Of a DNA stretch of 64,000 nucleotides, positions 57,501 through 64,000 are shown piece after piece. This stretch comes from a virus, in IMG/VR virus record IMGVR_UViG_3300028571_000013, positions 32,001-96,000 of that record. One strand, 5' to 3'. The translations under genes and the position numbers were made by a program. The stretch's first letter is position 1; each line of letters starts with the position of its first letter. The notes beneath the pieces are model-generated. The model searched no databases, was not told the origin of the DNA, and saw only the letters and a program-made list of their open reading frames with translations.

Positions 57501-60065
57501 CAAAATATTAATAATGCTAAGACTCCATTTGTTAATGATACCAATTCTATTATTATTGAATTATTAACAGCATATGGTAAAGCATATGGTATTGAAGCAG
57601 ATATTCCAACTAATAATAATTCATTTAATGAGTGGATTAAAGGTATCAACCCTGAGACTGCAACTAGTCTACCATCAGTATCTACCAAAAAGAGTTGGAC
57701 ATTAGACAAGCTTCAAAATCATTATGCTTTAGGAGAGACTGCTGCTGATACAGAGGGTAATTTTGCAGCAAAGTTTGGTTTGTGGGGTGTCGATGGTACA
57801 GAAAACTCTTTCAATAATAATTTTACAGAGCAATACAAAGAGAAATTTTTACAAAAAGCACGAGACTATCTGGTAAGCAAATCTCAGAAAACTGCTAATG
57901 AACAATATCGTTTACCAGAAAATACAGATAATTATCTGAAAGCTATAGATGCGTTTGCTTCATATACTGGTGGAATGGATAGGGATATTTACGGAAAAGT
58001 TAATCCGGGTTTTGGTACGCTAAATATAGATAAAGGCATTGAAGGAGCGGACGATCAAGAGAAGCTAAAGAAATTACGTAGTAAAATTAGTAGAGCATAT
58101 GTGAAGTATAAGAGAGAAAATATAGATAAGGCTTTTGGTGGCATAACACCAACTAATATTGATAGATGGAAGAGTGTTGATAATAGATATGGCTTCCCAG
58201 GTAGTCCAGAAGAGGTTAGGGATACTGTATTAGCAGATGTTAATACTTTAGATAGAATTAATAATTTAGATAATTATATGTTAAGTAATAAGGTATCACC
58301 AGCAGATATTCGTTCGTTTACTGGTGGGGCTAATTTATTGATGGCTAATAATGGTCCTATAGGAGATGCTGTTGCTGGATCTTTCTCAGATGTTGATGGA
58401 AATAAGGTAAAGGGAGATATTAAATTAGTAGATTTCTTGGTTAACGCACTAGACTTTTCAGCTCCTAGTCTTGTTAATGATAGACAAGCTAGGATTGATA
58501 CGATTATAGGCATGGAGCTTGCTTCAAAAGTAAAAAATCCAAATCCAAGATATGCGCAGGCAGAAATTGATCTTGATACAGATCTAGAAAATATTAAAGA
58601 TTCTTATAAGTTGTGGGACTCTCTCCAATCATATAGCATTGATCCAACAACTAAAAAATCAACAGTCGATTATATTAATCCAGATACATTGGCTCTGGAT
58701 ACTTTTACCGGAGACAAGGATTCGGTAAATATTGCTGGCCAAAATATAGAGGCAAACTCTGGTTTCTTTAGGAGTTATGCTGGTGCCTTCACAGATGATG
58801 CTCCAGAATATAATCGATTAAAGCAAACTATTTCATATCTTGGTTCATTTGCTGGTGCAGGGTTGAAGTCTGCTGATCAGATGACAACTATGCCTTCTCC
58901 ATTTGATAATGATGCTTTTATCATGACTAAAAAAGAAAAGCAAATGCAGAGCGTGGCAACAAAACCAATTGGGGCGGCGGGTGCGGGAACTGCTCCACCA
59001 GCGGGAACCTCTCCTCCAGCGGGAACCTCTCCTCCAGCGGGAACCTCTCCTCCAGCGGGAACCTCTCCTCCAGCGGGAGCCGCGCCAGCATTAACTGGTG
59101 ATGTTAAGACCCAAATTCAAACAATGCGTGAATCAGTAATAGGCAGTACTGGTAAAGCTAATAGTATTTTTGCTGATAATGCTCTACAAGATAGCGAAGC
59201 TAATGAATATAGTCCTATGTTAGATAATTTAGGAAGTTTATTATTTTCTAATATATCATCGTTTAGGGGTGATTCAGAGGCAGAAGCTAAGGCATGGTGG
59301 GCATATAAAAAACATTATCGTACAATAAAAAGATTTGGAGATCCTTTTGATCCTAAAGTGGTAGCTTCTAAGCCAAATATGGAAAGTATTAATACAGAAA
59401 GGACTCTGAGAGGTAAACTAAATGAAATGATTCAACAGCCCAAGTATTTATCTAGTGGTGGTCCAGCACTAGTTAATTATCAACCAAAGGGAACTGACAC
59501 CGTACCAGCCATGTTAACCCCCGGCGAATTCGTTATTAATAAATCATCAGCATCTAGACATATGCCATTATTACAAGCTATTAATAGTGGTGGTATTTCT
59601 TATGCTAGTTCTGGTGGTGTAATCAATCCTGTATATAAGGCTAGGGCCGGTGGAGTAGGAAATATGATGGGTATGGTTCAAGGCTTTGGAAAAGCTATGG
59701 GTTTTGATATGGGTGGAGCCAGTGCAGTGTTTGATAGCTTTATCAAGTCATTCAATACCGAAACCAATAATTTTGGATCTTTAATCAATAATCTTGCTAA
59801 GGTATTTCCTGCTCTTAATGGTCCAGTTAATGCTTTTGGTGGTCATGTTGATAAATTAGTAAAAGCTCTTAATGAACTAAAATCGATAGAAATTAAGGGA
59901 CCAAATATTCCTAATACTATTAATGTTAATAGTGAAACTATAAGAGTAGAATTAGTAGGACCAGAAAATACTAACTATAAATTAAGCCCAGATGATCAGA
60001 AAAAGATCTCAGACTCTGTAGCACTACAACTAAAAACATTAATTACAATGGGTAGAATTGCATAA
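42504..60065 (+). CDS. Giant (5853 aa) tape-measure protein with embedded enzymatic domains
   Basis: N-terminal TP901-type TMP domain (FDKELVRLSQVTG...LAQAGLS...IATGLRTIFTRI). GTDTVPAMLTPGEFV(V/I)N motifs. Internal ART-like, HAD-like and J-like segments. Confidence 0.85.
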   Translation: MAAAFNLTAQINLRGPTNTKSIASSIRKQLSNIKVKIDLDMKGSSAKSIALVNKGLQSIATNASKANSNINQLNASIQQLATSLGGLAASSPQALAATGKAASSAGKSVSTATSQMQEFGKQSGLAIRRFAAFSTVTGVIYSLTNAITSAFKEFITFDKELVRLSQVTGSSMTALSDITKEITRLSTTLGVTSSDLLQVSVTLAQAGLSAQDTKTALEALAKSALAPSFDDLNSTVEGSIALMRQFGISSGELEGALGSINAVAAAFAVEASDIIVAIQRTGGVFAAASNGVSQGTDALNEFISVFTSVRATTRESAETIATGLRTIFTRIQRGATIETLKEYGVVLTDLEGKFVGPYEAVRRLSEGLNGLDTRDLRFSKVVEELGGFRQIGKVIPLIQQFATAENALSIAQKGQSSLSKNAVEAQKSLAIQFEKTRQAFVALIRDVGNSSTFRTIATISLTTANAFVSLASALKPLLPMLTALAAIKGASILSEFTSGFVGGLGKGAPDGGDDGGGGGGAGGGGSGGGGSGGKSGKSGKGKGPASSKVVMANTHATAANTSQLSIVNTTLVGMITSLNNLTQIIDNAFPPSGGTGSGPTTASKGGRILGFKRGGSVPGYGRGDKVSALLEPKEYVMSRDAVEKYGTGTFDAMNSGGAIQRFSVGGGTDAISTYKASSMGLNRSLMLGTPLTKEQQKINKDLSKQAKDKLPKQLYSGIGENRLNIIKKQVGDKLQESKGKTFSLPGFLSTSSDSSIAMEFARQGLLTILTNPKKKGINTNKRVSTEYDLEKEFILPQNSKFKVLKAEQSQSAVRPGSSLKKEKSNLDVQQLASGGAIQKFGKGSSGGKGVKASKPNSQSLVDLPPDKDTHFTHLDARVEAKDFPKEFQNYLKKNKKTSVVDALYSSMGLDLPRNWNLDWSQSPNSAGSSSKLLSDYISKPSNEIFKTLLGNRKSSSAAEKYGFEGREKSIAAGFLSEAQDNIRSNLASLIKSNSKKFYDTDKDDVSTTMPDLLERSIGKSLPKSKSPVLMEALKTKIAYVGKNSKGKDYRDRINREMRKVLNSNKKSNGGFIQKFADAGEVDIDESLLRPYGQVGVLAKKSLKGDAGLSIEEAVREVLVKQLAGLGNEAGIAELTAIPANLRRKLRKDMISKGQIDLLGASDVINNALSSKGVQDAEYAAKVEKMKKVGVVGLVDGQGKLDYSKDFDNWDIGNNRTVYAYARGFKSQYFDAVTKMQQQTASAKGQFAENLQYADIFTGEPLAFDFDETLVAGADILNDKGKPDIPKYSDRTIVQEALKKGRLTKLGAKLKSLIDADPDFIKQTRILTARPQNTEDLLAQTLQSFGLPYKADDVTGVSQGPGTDIAGAKAANLSKTEKLIDDNLDNVRAAEKSGKKAYQYREPGLAPEYQELMGQGNIEGAVVEAALAELGASLPPIAQLEQNRAVDFENGLGPAAKYFGIPSNIPTEVKRTLTGYAFDRARKEFGRYYDENPSKWFEGGQIQAFDEGSMGGVKPDRSTKNKRRGAYGTRGFTPLSPSEHSSFAAQAYRDADSDDSVEWSDHYGMKMPKVLADYYDKLNKWTFESGGAGIAIGKKLVKLPDDIDPEALEALKPDLIKQYDGWYTEVEEVLPFGRPTETKNPALAAKQARASAALTAESRNTAYTQAEDAIGSFKKTGQLSFDPSIDSHIKSSFPSYISELEDELKSTSDPDEKISIQRKLSKAQKAWPDYQALTKGTSVPNQGRVTALSETLYTLLDQYGSGDVAVSELDNILKAMGQKLPVKKAHGGILQKFSIGGKLSRGSNVQNTTQGFAVGGETEALSDLRDWTNVQQDPNFQQAVTDFEGLYGRNNVMNKPQFDAYDKDKSKTPKIGMDEGLSGASYKVTPGMIEQKGAEYQDIIANRVAGYRKANKVQQAAIEKNKIKSPAQQAMEDAPFFKDARIQKALEDQGKGMRDYEPRPKQYAIGGILQKFADGGAPGKKYSWRESKGVMDSFNSKRTWYDVFEHNPEGGAKVVHSGSFDEVLKFLQDNRSKDTEQKSSEDPMKKLAGGGRIKLYHGSNTGVDDATLKSFKEKGALSDVAQGYGQGAGFYVYSGKEKAKEQAQMRVKGGLGSFAVVSGDTAGKPMVLTFEEALDPATWDLDYELNKGSVVKWLAQNFDKIKDKVAPGEKLTGIKDVVSPDSSKGIMSHGIRVQSDTGSIKTIYSGIDSDLREGELVGQIMNRLQSNDPEMVHGFENQFFKSPSLASGEWDNLALKYVGSSPLKPVDIETFAAGGSVQQFARGGVPALVSNGEAYIPPSTAKSIGYGTLNRMNQADKNGMGRFAVGGGVGVFKGPGSGTSDSIRTNLPVGSFILREKATKALGFNRGGSVGVRKFATGGGVGADRMDYLNRIADKLGITVQQYERSIREKIYKSAKGSAESKTSAQSDVGDVLIKNLENIGDASVEQATRESLTELISKIDPNIDATKLGSTIDDVITGMKNGLSVDELKQTSSDLKDILEKDISIVSELADAHKKYESELGFLTGKMKVRGIDVRAQKSLKEGKFGALESGNLRQAQRNLESPTGQRIDKFGEALKTQNIPGMKLLSSAFPKVADRLTTLGDKIGGVTGIIGSGSALLSTQMPGFLKSIDAFAGTVSEASPAVAGLQGALRDAGSFGLSGAIVGKQAFGAKGAAVGGAVGLAGGAVSGFIKESTSKEVELAMKGVSAASSDLDKTLSQLSGAKTFGERAELQDRAAKNYEALNTALEKSTSTIQQNKIWTSLASGLEGFLSGLTMVIGFMAAAQMGGPTLGPGSGKGSKGKKGGGGKGKKAAGGPIGFANGGLVPVKLADGEGVFTPPLPASTGEMKKMNNADRNGYKPSFSGAMSIVPGGGSGKVDNFETMLPEGSYVVRADAMKAMQEQEMATSNKGGSIGAHQSKISITGSTPKLSSGGEVQHFASGGQIQRLASGGGTRGYAVGGIVNLIMRGLKMGLGSALGAAVMNGLLSALGQFFDTSAQDVQLQAELQALDQLRRIADNSEAFATGNKSYANRIMRNSDVVEKASLTPEERRASYGRKESGGKLNSLNILQEQEMRSSLGAEGMVVNDQQSVQEYLDTLGAGSEKRKKADAAIVKAQERLRKRIYIEARVRQGQDKEVARKEYEGAIGKDGKVRNAKSAGKVNNLVDQELGRENRSRVLADRLEIINRDVKKFTLNISDVMSRLSSSMARIVSEIDASATRAMNISGEFSGQGARANEPDAQNVRVLENITAYTRDELSSVVDNVTAGLGDNEQTKQIGSFVKGLQAIEQELPLILRDTEGGNLEAGSRSNIESRLSDMFAGLDMAPGIRKKLEDSVLEWIDSGTSINRKGMSVDDLADNIQAFKELKDSGEKARKTLEDYARKQLEVNRKLGAMSDSLAAQFDKLADNSIKVKDINLQAALQLKEKFGQTLSLREMTSPFEASVGGLTGGLTDPATIGQEISKAIAEKRILEADPSKSTSALGSGDIAKLTSKINKYTKALDLLANNTDRASAALKKIDEQSQISAGRRRSVMDFFDIIDNPEAMLGFAKETQSYGRVMGGAGSIGDIKGAKSTLQSLEGTKTPEEYQRLQQQFFDNVTRILANAGGDPAVFNQFKDMFAGDFGRTEDNPQIKPYIDAFNQAATVQTQAVRTQSDLIRQGGELLSRALSTSADDFTNKMQTAITNIVNELNAVATRLGVGGGAVPAPPHAKGGLINYYAMGSMVDFAPKGTDTVPAMLTPGEFVVNRAATSRNLPLLQNINSGKYSSGGSVKYLAKGGLLDRSVRTRFPMVPDTEWDKLAGTSDHIPLSSFPQSDLLKYVDFRSASKDNVLNKSELDSYNSAVQQHHDRYLSGSAQQKYKVLSDNNLLIDNLQKEKKQSSGFLGFGGDKNKTKQTSQALNKAIAFRDKELKAGSGLDWYKTYEAAHAIQNNKRITGGRNILEENYFGGDRNFPFTPEFMKVDNAFRNAKLGLEPADFESLMYGLASKAIPGVLGAVGGGLGAIAGGSIGTLGGLITGPGAIVTGTAGALSLGFTGGMLGDQIGQNINSYIWDKYIPESMKNRVMEKMKASPESYSGGQWIGFGAELMGGAAADDMIRKGMTSAFGKATSVSAKMLQNGSITSNAIKLAPNSIPIANADEITNRSLALFKGGAEQTVQKSKRVVGGSGKVAVPEMPAPKSEAPAGGRATATVSPRNLKAIQELLQNSGLKYNNVDNLLDDLVRNPSGKGVFEILGKPPQTGSGVLKLQRLLHPDTAATYLPDISADILNTGSKKFQRIFNIAQNKDILNRYSSLIDDGYSPNNIVDAFKGNDPPYFIRSQLGQKPGAPKSRAKAPEASTGTATPKPGSTTPPQPKTDVPPRGKAPESSTSATPKPTDMSAPPKPTDMSAPPKPSRGKAGDGSTGTKPKPTPPKAPSGAPWSDTVKTKLAQLWENSKNTVGSAKNFWDKLPSWARKGISWGSTGLGLYGGKAIWDWATGNSSVTIPDATPSGTPTGGPLPPSTFGDDPLEPIKYAVEEAKRKYESTQAGRMDAFKTQDGQYSFGQVVSAAANLGLKDPMGITDFRARYAKIPKFELGDGSEAGQLLTQKERQDKQDELDSLNNQIGDIAQYDVDNDPNIKVLLGRRNELRKQLESDYRGQLNLGVPTGDKPPKFTLSSPKVPRSKEDFGLTDDMIDPVSGKPLPGLVNAAKDSPIIKELSNLTSHQATLNRKDDSGSATPGQTNGSLLSKYKLDFEDLEKESANANMRNGQDLLNRFNKLKKSYVKDFGPVNDLDDQDIAFGMDAQGKAKAQGEVIRKHLGGKLGDSSFVGAPFKGGQSNGATPQEKAKARKAIDEMKTKYGVSTDDELKNKLEGASVKEQKIINADKGWTRFDNNKKTYHSELEKYWMIRARWENREKLKADPTLMMTGSPNLSSEDVTKLNTEIQDLDGQIQTAAPGKQDVDDLVRRRQEKLDQLHQGQGIKFESVPPMEYLLFNTPHDSSHLNPFNTFDNNSYAYGKPGQNINNAKTPFVNDTNSIIIELLTAYGKAYGIEADIPTNNNSFNEWIKGINPETATSLPSVSTKKSWTLDKLQNHYALGETAADTEGNFAAKFGLWGVDGTENSFNNNFTEQYKEKFLQKARDYLVSKSQKTANEQYRLPENTDNYLKAIDAFASYTGGMDRDIYGKVNPGFGTLNIDKGIEGADDQEKLKKLRSKISRAYVKYKRENIDKAFGGITPTNIDRWKSVDNRYGFPGSPEEVRDTVLADVNTLDRINNLDNYMLSNKVSPADIRSFTGGANLLMANNGPIGDAVAGSFSDVDGNKVKGDIKLVDFLVNALDFSAPSLVNDRQARIDTIIGMELASKVKNPNPRYAQAEIDLDTDLENIKDSYKLWDSLQSYSIDPTTKKSTVDYINPDTLALDTFTGDKDSVNIAGQNIEANSGFFRSYAGAFTDDAPEYNRLKQTISYLGSFAGAGLKSADQMTTMPSPFDNDAFIMTKKEKQMQSVATKPIGAAGAGTAPPAGTSPPAGTSPPAGTSPPAGTSPPAGAAPALTGDVKTQIQTMRESVIGSTGKANSIFADNALQDSEANEYSPMLDNLGSLLFSNISSFRGDSEAEAKAWWAYKKHYRTIKRFGDPFDPKVVASKPNMESINTERTLRGKLNEMIQQPKYLSSGGPALVNYQPKGTDTVPAMLTPGEFVINKSSASRHMPLLQAINSGGISYASSGGVINPVYKARAGGVGNMMGMVQGFGKAMGFDMGGASAVFDSFIKSFNTETNNFGSLINNLAKVFPALNGPVNAFGGHVDKLVKALNELKSIEIKGPNIPNTINVNSETIRVELVGPENTNYKLSPDDQKKISDSVALQLKTLITMGRIA
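58983..59078 (+). repeat. 18-bp coding tandem repeat (AGTSPP)n within TMP
   Basis: gcgggaacctctcctcca x4 plus one variant. Confidence 0.9.
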
Positions 60066-60114
60066 CTATGATTATTAAATATTATAATACATACTACGAG
60101 GTTATTTAATATCT

Positions 60115-61710
60115 ATGTTTAAAGTAAAAACAGAAACATTAGTAGAAAATATTAGCACACAAGCTATTGATGGAGCAACTGTGTCTTTAGCTGGATCAAC
60201 CCTGGACCCAGCGCCATTTGTATCATTATCTGTTGAGCAATATAGGGCTGGAGATTTGATTATTGGTGGCTCTTTAATAGTTTCATTAAATGGTACAGTT
60301 TATACAACTACTGGTGGATTTGGTAACATTGCTAGTCAACTACAAGCAAAATTTAAAACAATAGGCAGTAAGGGAGATTGTGTTAATTTAAATATTAATT
60401 GTAGTGGTACAGAATTGGTTAATGGTTATGGAACAATACGCTCCGTTAACATAGACGAAGGTCCAAGTCCAAGCTGGACCCAAATTGCTACATATTCTAT
60501 TGAGATAGAAATGTATGTTAATATTAATGAATTAGTTGTTAAGCCAAATACCGCCGCCTCTCAGTATGTAACAACAAACGAGATTATAAAAGATTTATCT
60601 GAATCTATTACTTTAAATGTTGATAATGATGCATTTGCTAGTGATACCTTGTCGGGCACTAAGGCTGGTAGAGCACATGCAAAATATAGTTTTAGTGTTA
60701 GTGCTACTGGTGGTGCTGTGGGTTGTAAAAATTCATTCTCTCAAAAAACAGGATTAGAAGCCGCTGAAGAAGTTATTAAGAGACGAATATCATCAATAGA
60801 AAGTGGTAATGTTTCAACATCAATAGCCGTCCCCTCCTCCCTCGTATCTGCATTATCTAGCTATAATTCTGGTACTAAGTGTATGCAGATTCGCAGTATT
60901 GATGCTGATCCCATAAGTGGAACAATGACGGTAAATGGTGATCTTATCATTAGGCCGAGTGGTACAACTTATCCAAATGCTTTTATAGATATTAGCGTTG
61001 ATGCTAGGGCAGAAACGGCTCAGGTTGGACGAAACGTTACAATCTCAGGTACTATTGAGGGATTATATACAACAAGTTTTAGTGATTTAATAACTAATGG
61101 AAATTTTCACTCTGGTATCAGCAAAATTAGTAATGCTGAGTCTGCATATAATTCATTAAAGGGTTCTTTTGCCGATTTTGCTAATCGATATCTTGAAGGG
61201 TTCTTATCAGATAGTTCAGACTGTACATCTGGTGGTTTATTAGCCATCTGCGCAAGTTATGTTGCTCCTAGTGAGTGTGGTATACGACTAGTTAATCGTA
61301 GCGTAACCAGAAACTTTGGACAAGGTAGCATATCTTTCTCTGACGAATATTCTACAGCTCGTAATTGTAGTATTCCTGGAGCAGCAAAGGTTGAGAGTGA
61401 AATAACCCACACATATCCTACAGATATTTTTGCTGAATTTACAATTCCGTTCAGAGGCGAACCACTCATGCAAAATCTTGGAACAACAACAAAAGAAACT
61501 GTTTCTGTTAACGTAAATGTTACTGTAGAAAATCCTGGTTGCGATATAAGAGATCTTAGTGGAGTTATAGGATGTGCACAAGGAGAAGCAGATAATCTGG
61601 GTTCTTCGGAAGGTGCTGGCGGATGGTATCTCACACAAAATACGGTTACAAAAAGCAATACTGGAACCTTAAGAATTAGTAAAGAATGGACTAAACCTTA
61701 TAATTGTTAG
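60115..61710 (+). CDS. Putative distal tail / baseplate protein
   Basis: Beta-rich 531 aa directly after the TMP gene. Confidence 0.5.
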   Translation: MFKVKTETLVENISTQAIDGATVSLAGSTLDPAPFVSLSVEQYRAGDLIIGGSLIVSLNGTVYTTTGGFGNIASQLQAKFKTIGSKGDCVNLNINCSGTELVNGYGTIRSVNIDEGPSPSWTQIATYSIEIEMYVNINELVVKPNTAASQYVTTNEIIKDLSESITLNVDNDAFASDTLSGTKAGRAHAKYSFSVSATGGAVGCKNSFSQKTGLEAAEEVIKRRISSIESGNVSTSIAVPSSLVSALSSYNSGTKCMQIRSIDADPISGTMTVNGDLIIRPSGTTYPNAFIDISVDARAETAQVGRNVTISGTIEGLYTTSFSDLITNGNFHSGISKISNAESAYNSLKGSFADFANRYLEGFLSDSSDCTSGGLLAICASYVAPSECGIRLVNRSVTRNFGQGSISFSDEYSTARNCSIPGAAKVESEITHTYPTDIFAEFTIPFRGEPLMQNLGTTTKETVSVNVNVTVENPGCDIRDLSGVIGCAQGEADNLGSSEGAGGWYLTQNTVTKSNTGTLRISKEWTKPYNC

Positions 61711-61718
61711 TAGGATAA

Positions 61719-63647
61719 ATGAACAATCAATTGTACTCAATAGATATTAATAAACCAAAATGTTTAAATAGAACTAATGGTAGCATCATCATAACTGATC
61801 TATCCAATGGGCTATTATCTTTTTCATGGTTAGATGTTCCAAATACTGCCTCTGTAGCGGATTATGGGAGAGCTATTTATAATTTAAATTGTGGCATATA
61901 TACACTTGATATATATAATATTAGAGATAGGAGCACAGAGACTATAGCCATAGATCTCTCTTGCCCTAATGAGCTTAGTATCGATTTGATACAAATGGAT
62001 GAACTATTATGCTATAATGATACCTCAGATTTATTTATAGAATGGTCTGGAGGACAGCCCCCATACAATTTAAGTATAAATGCTTTTCGTATTACAACAG
62101 ACAATACATCTTATACCTATAAAATCAGATCTAATAATGGTTATAATATTTCTATTATAGATAGCTATGGTTGTCTTGTAGCTAAAAACGACATAAAAAT
62201 TTTATCTGAACAGCTATCTGTTGATGTGAGATGGGAGCCTATAACTGAACATAAGAGTAAATCACCTAATGTATCTTGTATAGTTTCTGGAGGTAAGTCG
62301 CCATATAGAGTGGCTTGGTTTACAGATACAGACAAGCAACCAATTGTTGTTAATCAAACATCTATTAATGATAAATTATATACAGGTAATTATAGAATAG
62401 TTGTAATAGACGATAATGGTTGTGAGATTCAAAAAACTTTTACTATCAGTGAGCCACCACCCCTTTCTGTAAATATCTCAACATTTAATGACTATAGTAC
62501 AAAGTCTTTATTTGATCCAGTTAACTCTCACAGAGTTCATAATCTATTACTTTTACCAGAACATAAAGATATTAAAATTACTCAAGAATCTTTATTAAAA
62601 TCTTCTAGTATATTCTTAAAATATAATAATACTAAAATAGAACAAAAATTATGTATGGATTATGGTTCTATAGAAATAGATGATCAAAAATATAACTATT
62701 ATTATGTATCGCCAGGGCTCCAAAATCCTAAAACTCACAAACTAAAACTAATAGTTGATGATGTAGAGCATGATCTTGAACATGTTTTTGGCAGTAACCG
62801 ATCTAAACTAGTTATTGGTTCGCTTATTATGAATAATGATCACAGCTTTGCTTATAAAAATAAAGATATTATTCGTATTTATTCTAATGATAATGAAAAT
62901 ATAGATGCTCAAGTACATCAGGTCTATATTAAAGCCGGTTTATATTTATCTCCTAGTATTTATACTATTATTAATTTTATTCATCCAACTAGTACAGACC
63001 CCAATGTTCTTCTTTTCATAAACAATAACTCTAACCTGTCTGTTCAATCTTTAACAACGAAAAGTAACAAGAGACTTGGTTCTATTCGTTGTAATGTTTT
63101 AAATGCTGATAAATTTTCTTTACAAGCCATTATTATTAATGAATACAATGAATCAGAAATATTTTCATTTAATAATCAAAATACTCTTACTATTAATAAT
63201 ATAAAATATGGTCATTATAGAATAATTATCAAAGATAAAAATAGTACAGCTTATACATATAATCAAAAAAATATTAATACAGAGTATTATTCTATAGATA
63301 TATTAGATTCTTCTGAAGCAGAAAGAGAGCTCTCCATGATTCAATCTGCTGATATCTATCATATAGACTCCTCTTTATTAAATGTTTATAATAAACCTCC
63401 CAATAAGCTATTATTTTCTGACCCAGAATACAAGAATGGGGTATTAATGAATATCAGCCCCTCGGATTCTTGCTACAATATAGTTGGTGAAAATATAAAT
63501 ATTACGGATTGTGGATATAAAATTATCAAAGATTTACCACACGGTAAATATAGTATTAGGATCTTTAAGGATGGATACAAAACACAAAAATTAGAATTAT
63601 TCTATAATACAAATAAAGAGCTTGTAACAACTATTCTAGAGAGGTAA
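61719..63647 (+). CDS. SprB-repeat-containing protein
   Basis: C....NGSI, SGGQPPY, DSYGC, SGGKSPY and GNYRIVVIDDNGCEIQKTFTISEP are SprB-like repeats; PEGA-like end (LPHGKYSIRIFKDGY). Confidence 0.7.
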   Translation: MNNQLYSIDINKPKCLNRTNGSIIITDLSNGLLSFSWLDVPNTASVADYGRAIYNLNCGIYTLDIYNIRDRSTETIAIDLSCPNELSIDLIQMDELLCYNDTSDLFIEWSGGQPPYNLSINAFRITTDNTSYTYKIRSNNGYNISIIDSYGCLVAKNDIKILSEQLSVDVRWEPITEHKSKSPNVSCIVSGGKSPYRVAWFTDTDKQPIVVNQTSINDKLYTGNYRIVVIDDNGCEIQKTFTISEPPPLSVNISTFNDYSTKSLFDPVNSHRVHNLLLLPEHKDIKITQESLLKSSSIFLKYNNTKIEQKLCMDYGSIEIDDQKYNYYYVSPGLQNPKTHKLKLIVDDVEHDLEHVFGSNRSKLVIGSLIMNNDHSFAYKNKDIIRIYSNDNENIDAQVHQVYIKAGLYLSPSIYTIINFIHPTSTDPNVLLFINNNSNLSVQSLTTKSNKRLGSIRCNVLNADKFSLQAIIINEYNESEIFSFNNQNTLTINNIKYGHYRIIIKDKNSTAYTYNQKNINTEYYSIDILDSSEAERELSMIQSADIYHIDSSLLNVYNKPPNKLLFSDPEYKNGVLMNISPSDSCYNIVGENINITDCGYKIIKDLPHGKYSIRIFKDGYKTQKLELFYNTNKELVTTILER

Positions 63648-63655
63648 TAGGATTT

Positions 63656-64000
63656 ATGTCGAGTGTAAAGGTTTTTGGATGCGAAGTAGTAAGCTTAACA
63701 TGCAACTTAGGATTCGGTGGTCAAGAATCTACAGTTAGTCTTAAATTAGTAGAGTGTGGAACGCCGTATAATGGGTCTCTTGGTTGCGTTTATACAGTTG
63801 CCGTTGGTGGATTCACATTTACTGGTGTTTTAGCCGATCATTCTTATTCGAAATCAAGTTCTGGTTTAATATGGGATGTCAGATTAACAGATGGTAGACA
63901 AAGCTTATCTAATGTTTCTGTTATTCTAAACGATTATTATTGTAATGTTAATACTCCTAATCTAATTAATGTATTAGCTTTATTAGAGCCATCGGTATGT
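63656..64000 (+). CDS. Putative tail / baseplate hub protein (truncated by window edge)
   Basis: MSSVKVFGCEVVSLTCNLGFGGQESTVSLKLVE... open to the end of the window. Confidence 0.55.
   Translation, partial: MSSVKVFGCEVVSLTCNLGFGGQESTVSLKLVECGTPYNGSLGCVYTVAVGGFTFTGVLADHSYSKSSSGLIWDVRLTDGRQSLSNVSVILNDYYCNVNTPNLINVLALLEPSVC

Noticed and set aside
43273-58513. Short alternative-frame and antisense ORFs within the TMP gene
   Set aside because: Shadow ORFs of a long coding sequence; no independent signals.

Overview
Part of a large tailed dsDNA phage genome (HK97-type head; no tail sheath recognised, so probably a long non-contractile tail). It has two distinct parts. (1) Positions 1-10.3 kb are a comparatively GC-richer early or host-takeover region on the minus strand. 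It holds ~30 small ORFs (including a protein-kinase-like ORF, a Gp88-like protein, an L7/L12-like protein and very acidic proteins), tRNA-Asp, tRNA-Arg and at least 14 near-consensus sigma70 promoters. It is divided into cassette-like units by eight copies of an 80-bp element with invariant geometry: two 10-7-10 palindromes always 26 bp apart. Three sigma54 consensus sites point the opposite way. (2) Positions 10.4-64 kb are AT-rich: galE, then a mostly plus-strand late block. That block encodes a CXCXC-repeat protein, a phage sigma factor with a recurring GGTGTA upstream motif, HNH and ERCC4 nucleases, TerL, portal, protease/scaffold, capsid, and fibre genes with a near-identical 1.1-kb duplication. 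It continues with neck genes, two tail-tube paralogues, a 5853-aa tape-measure protein and a SprB-repeat protein. The tape-measure protein carries ADP-ribosyltransferase-like, HAD-like, possible nuclease-like and J-like domains separated by recurrent [FYL]-A-x-G-G linkers. The two most novel candidates are the 80-bp cassette-delimiting element array and the tape-measure effector polyprotein. All calls come from reading motifs by eye; no database searches were run.
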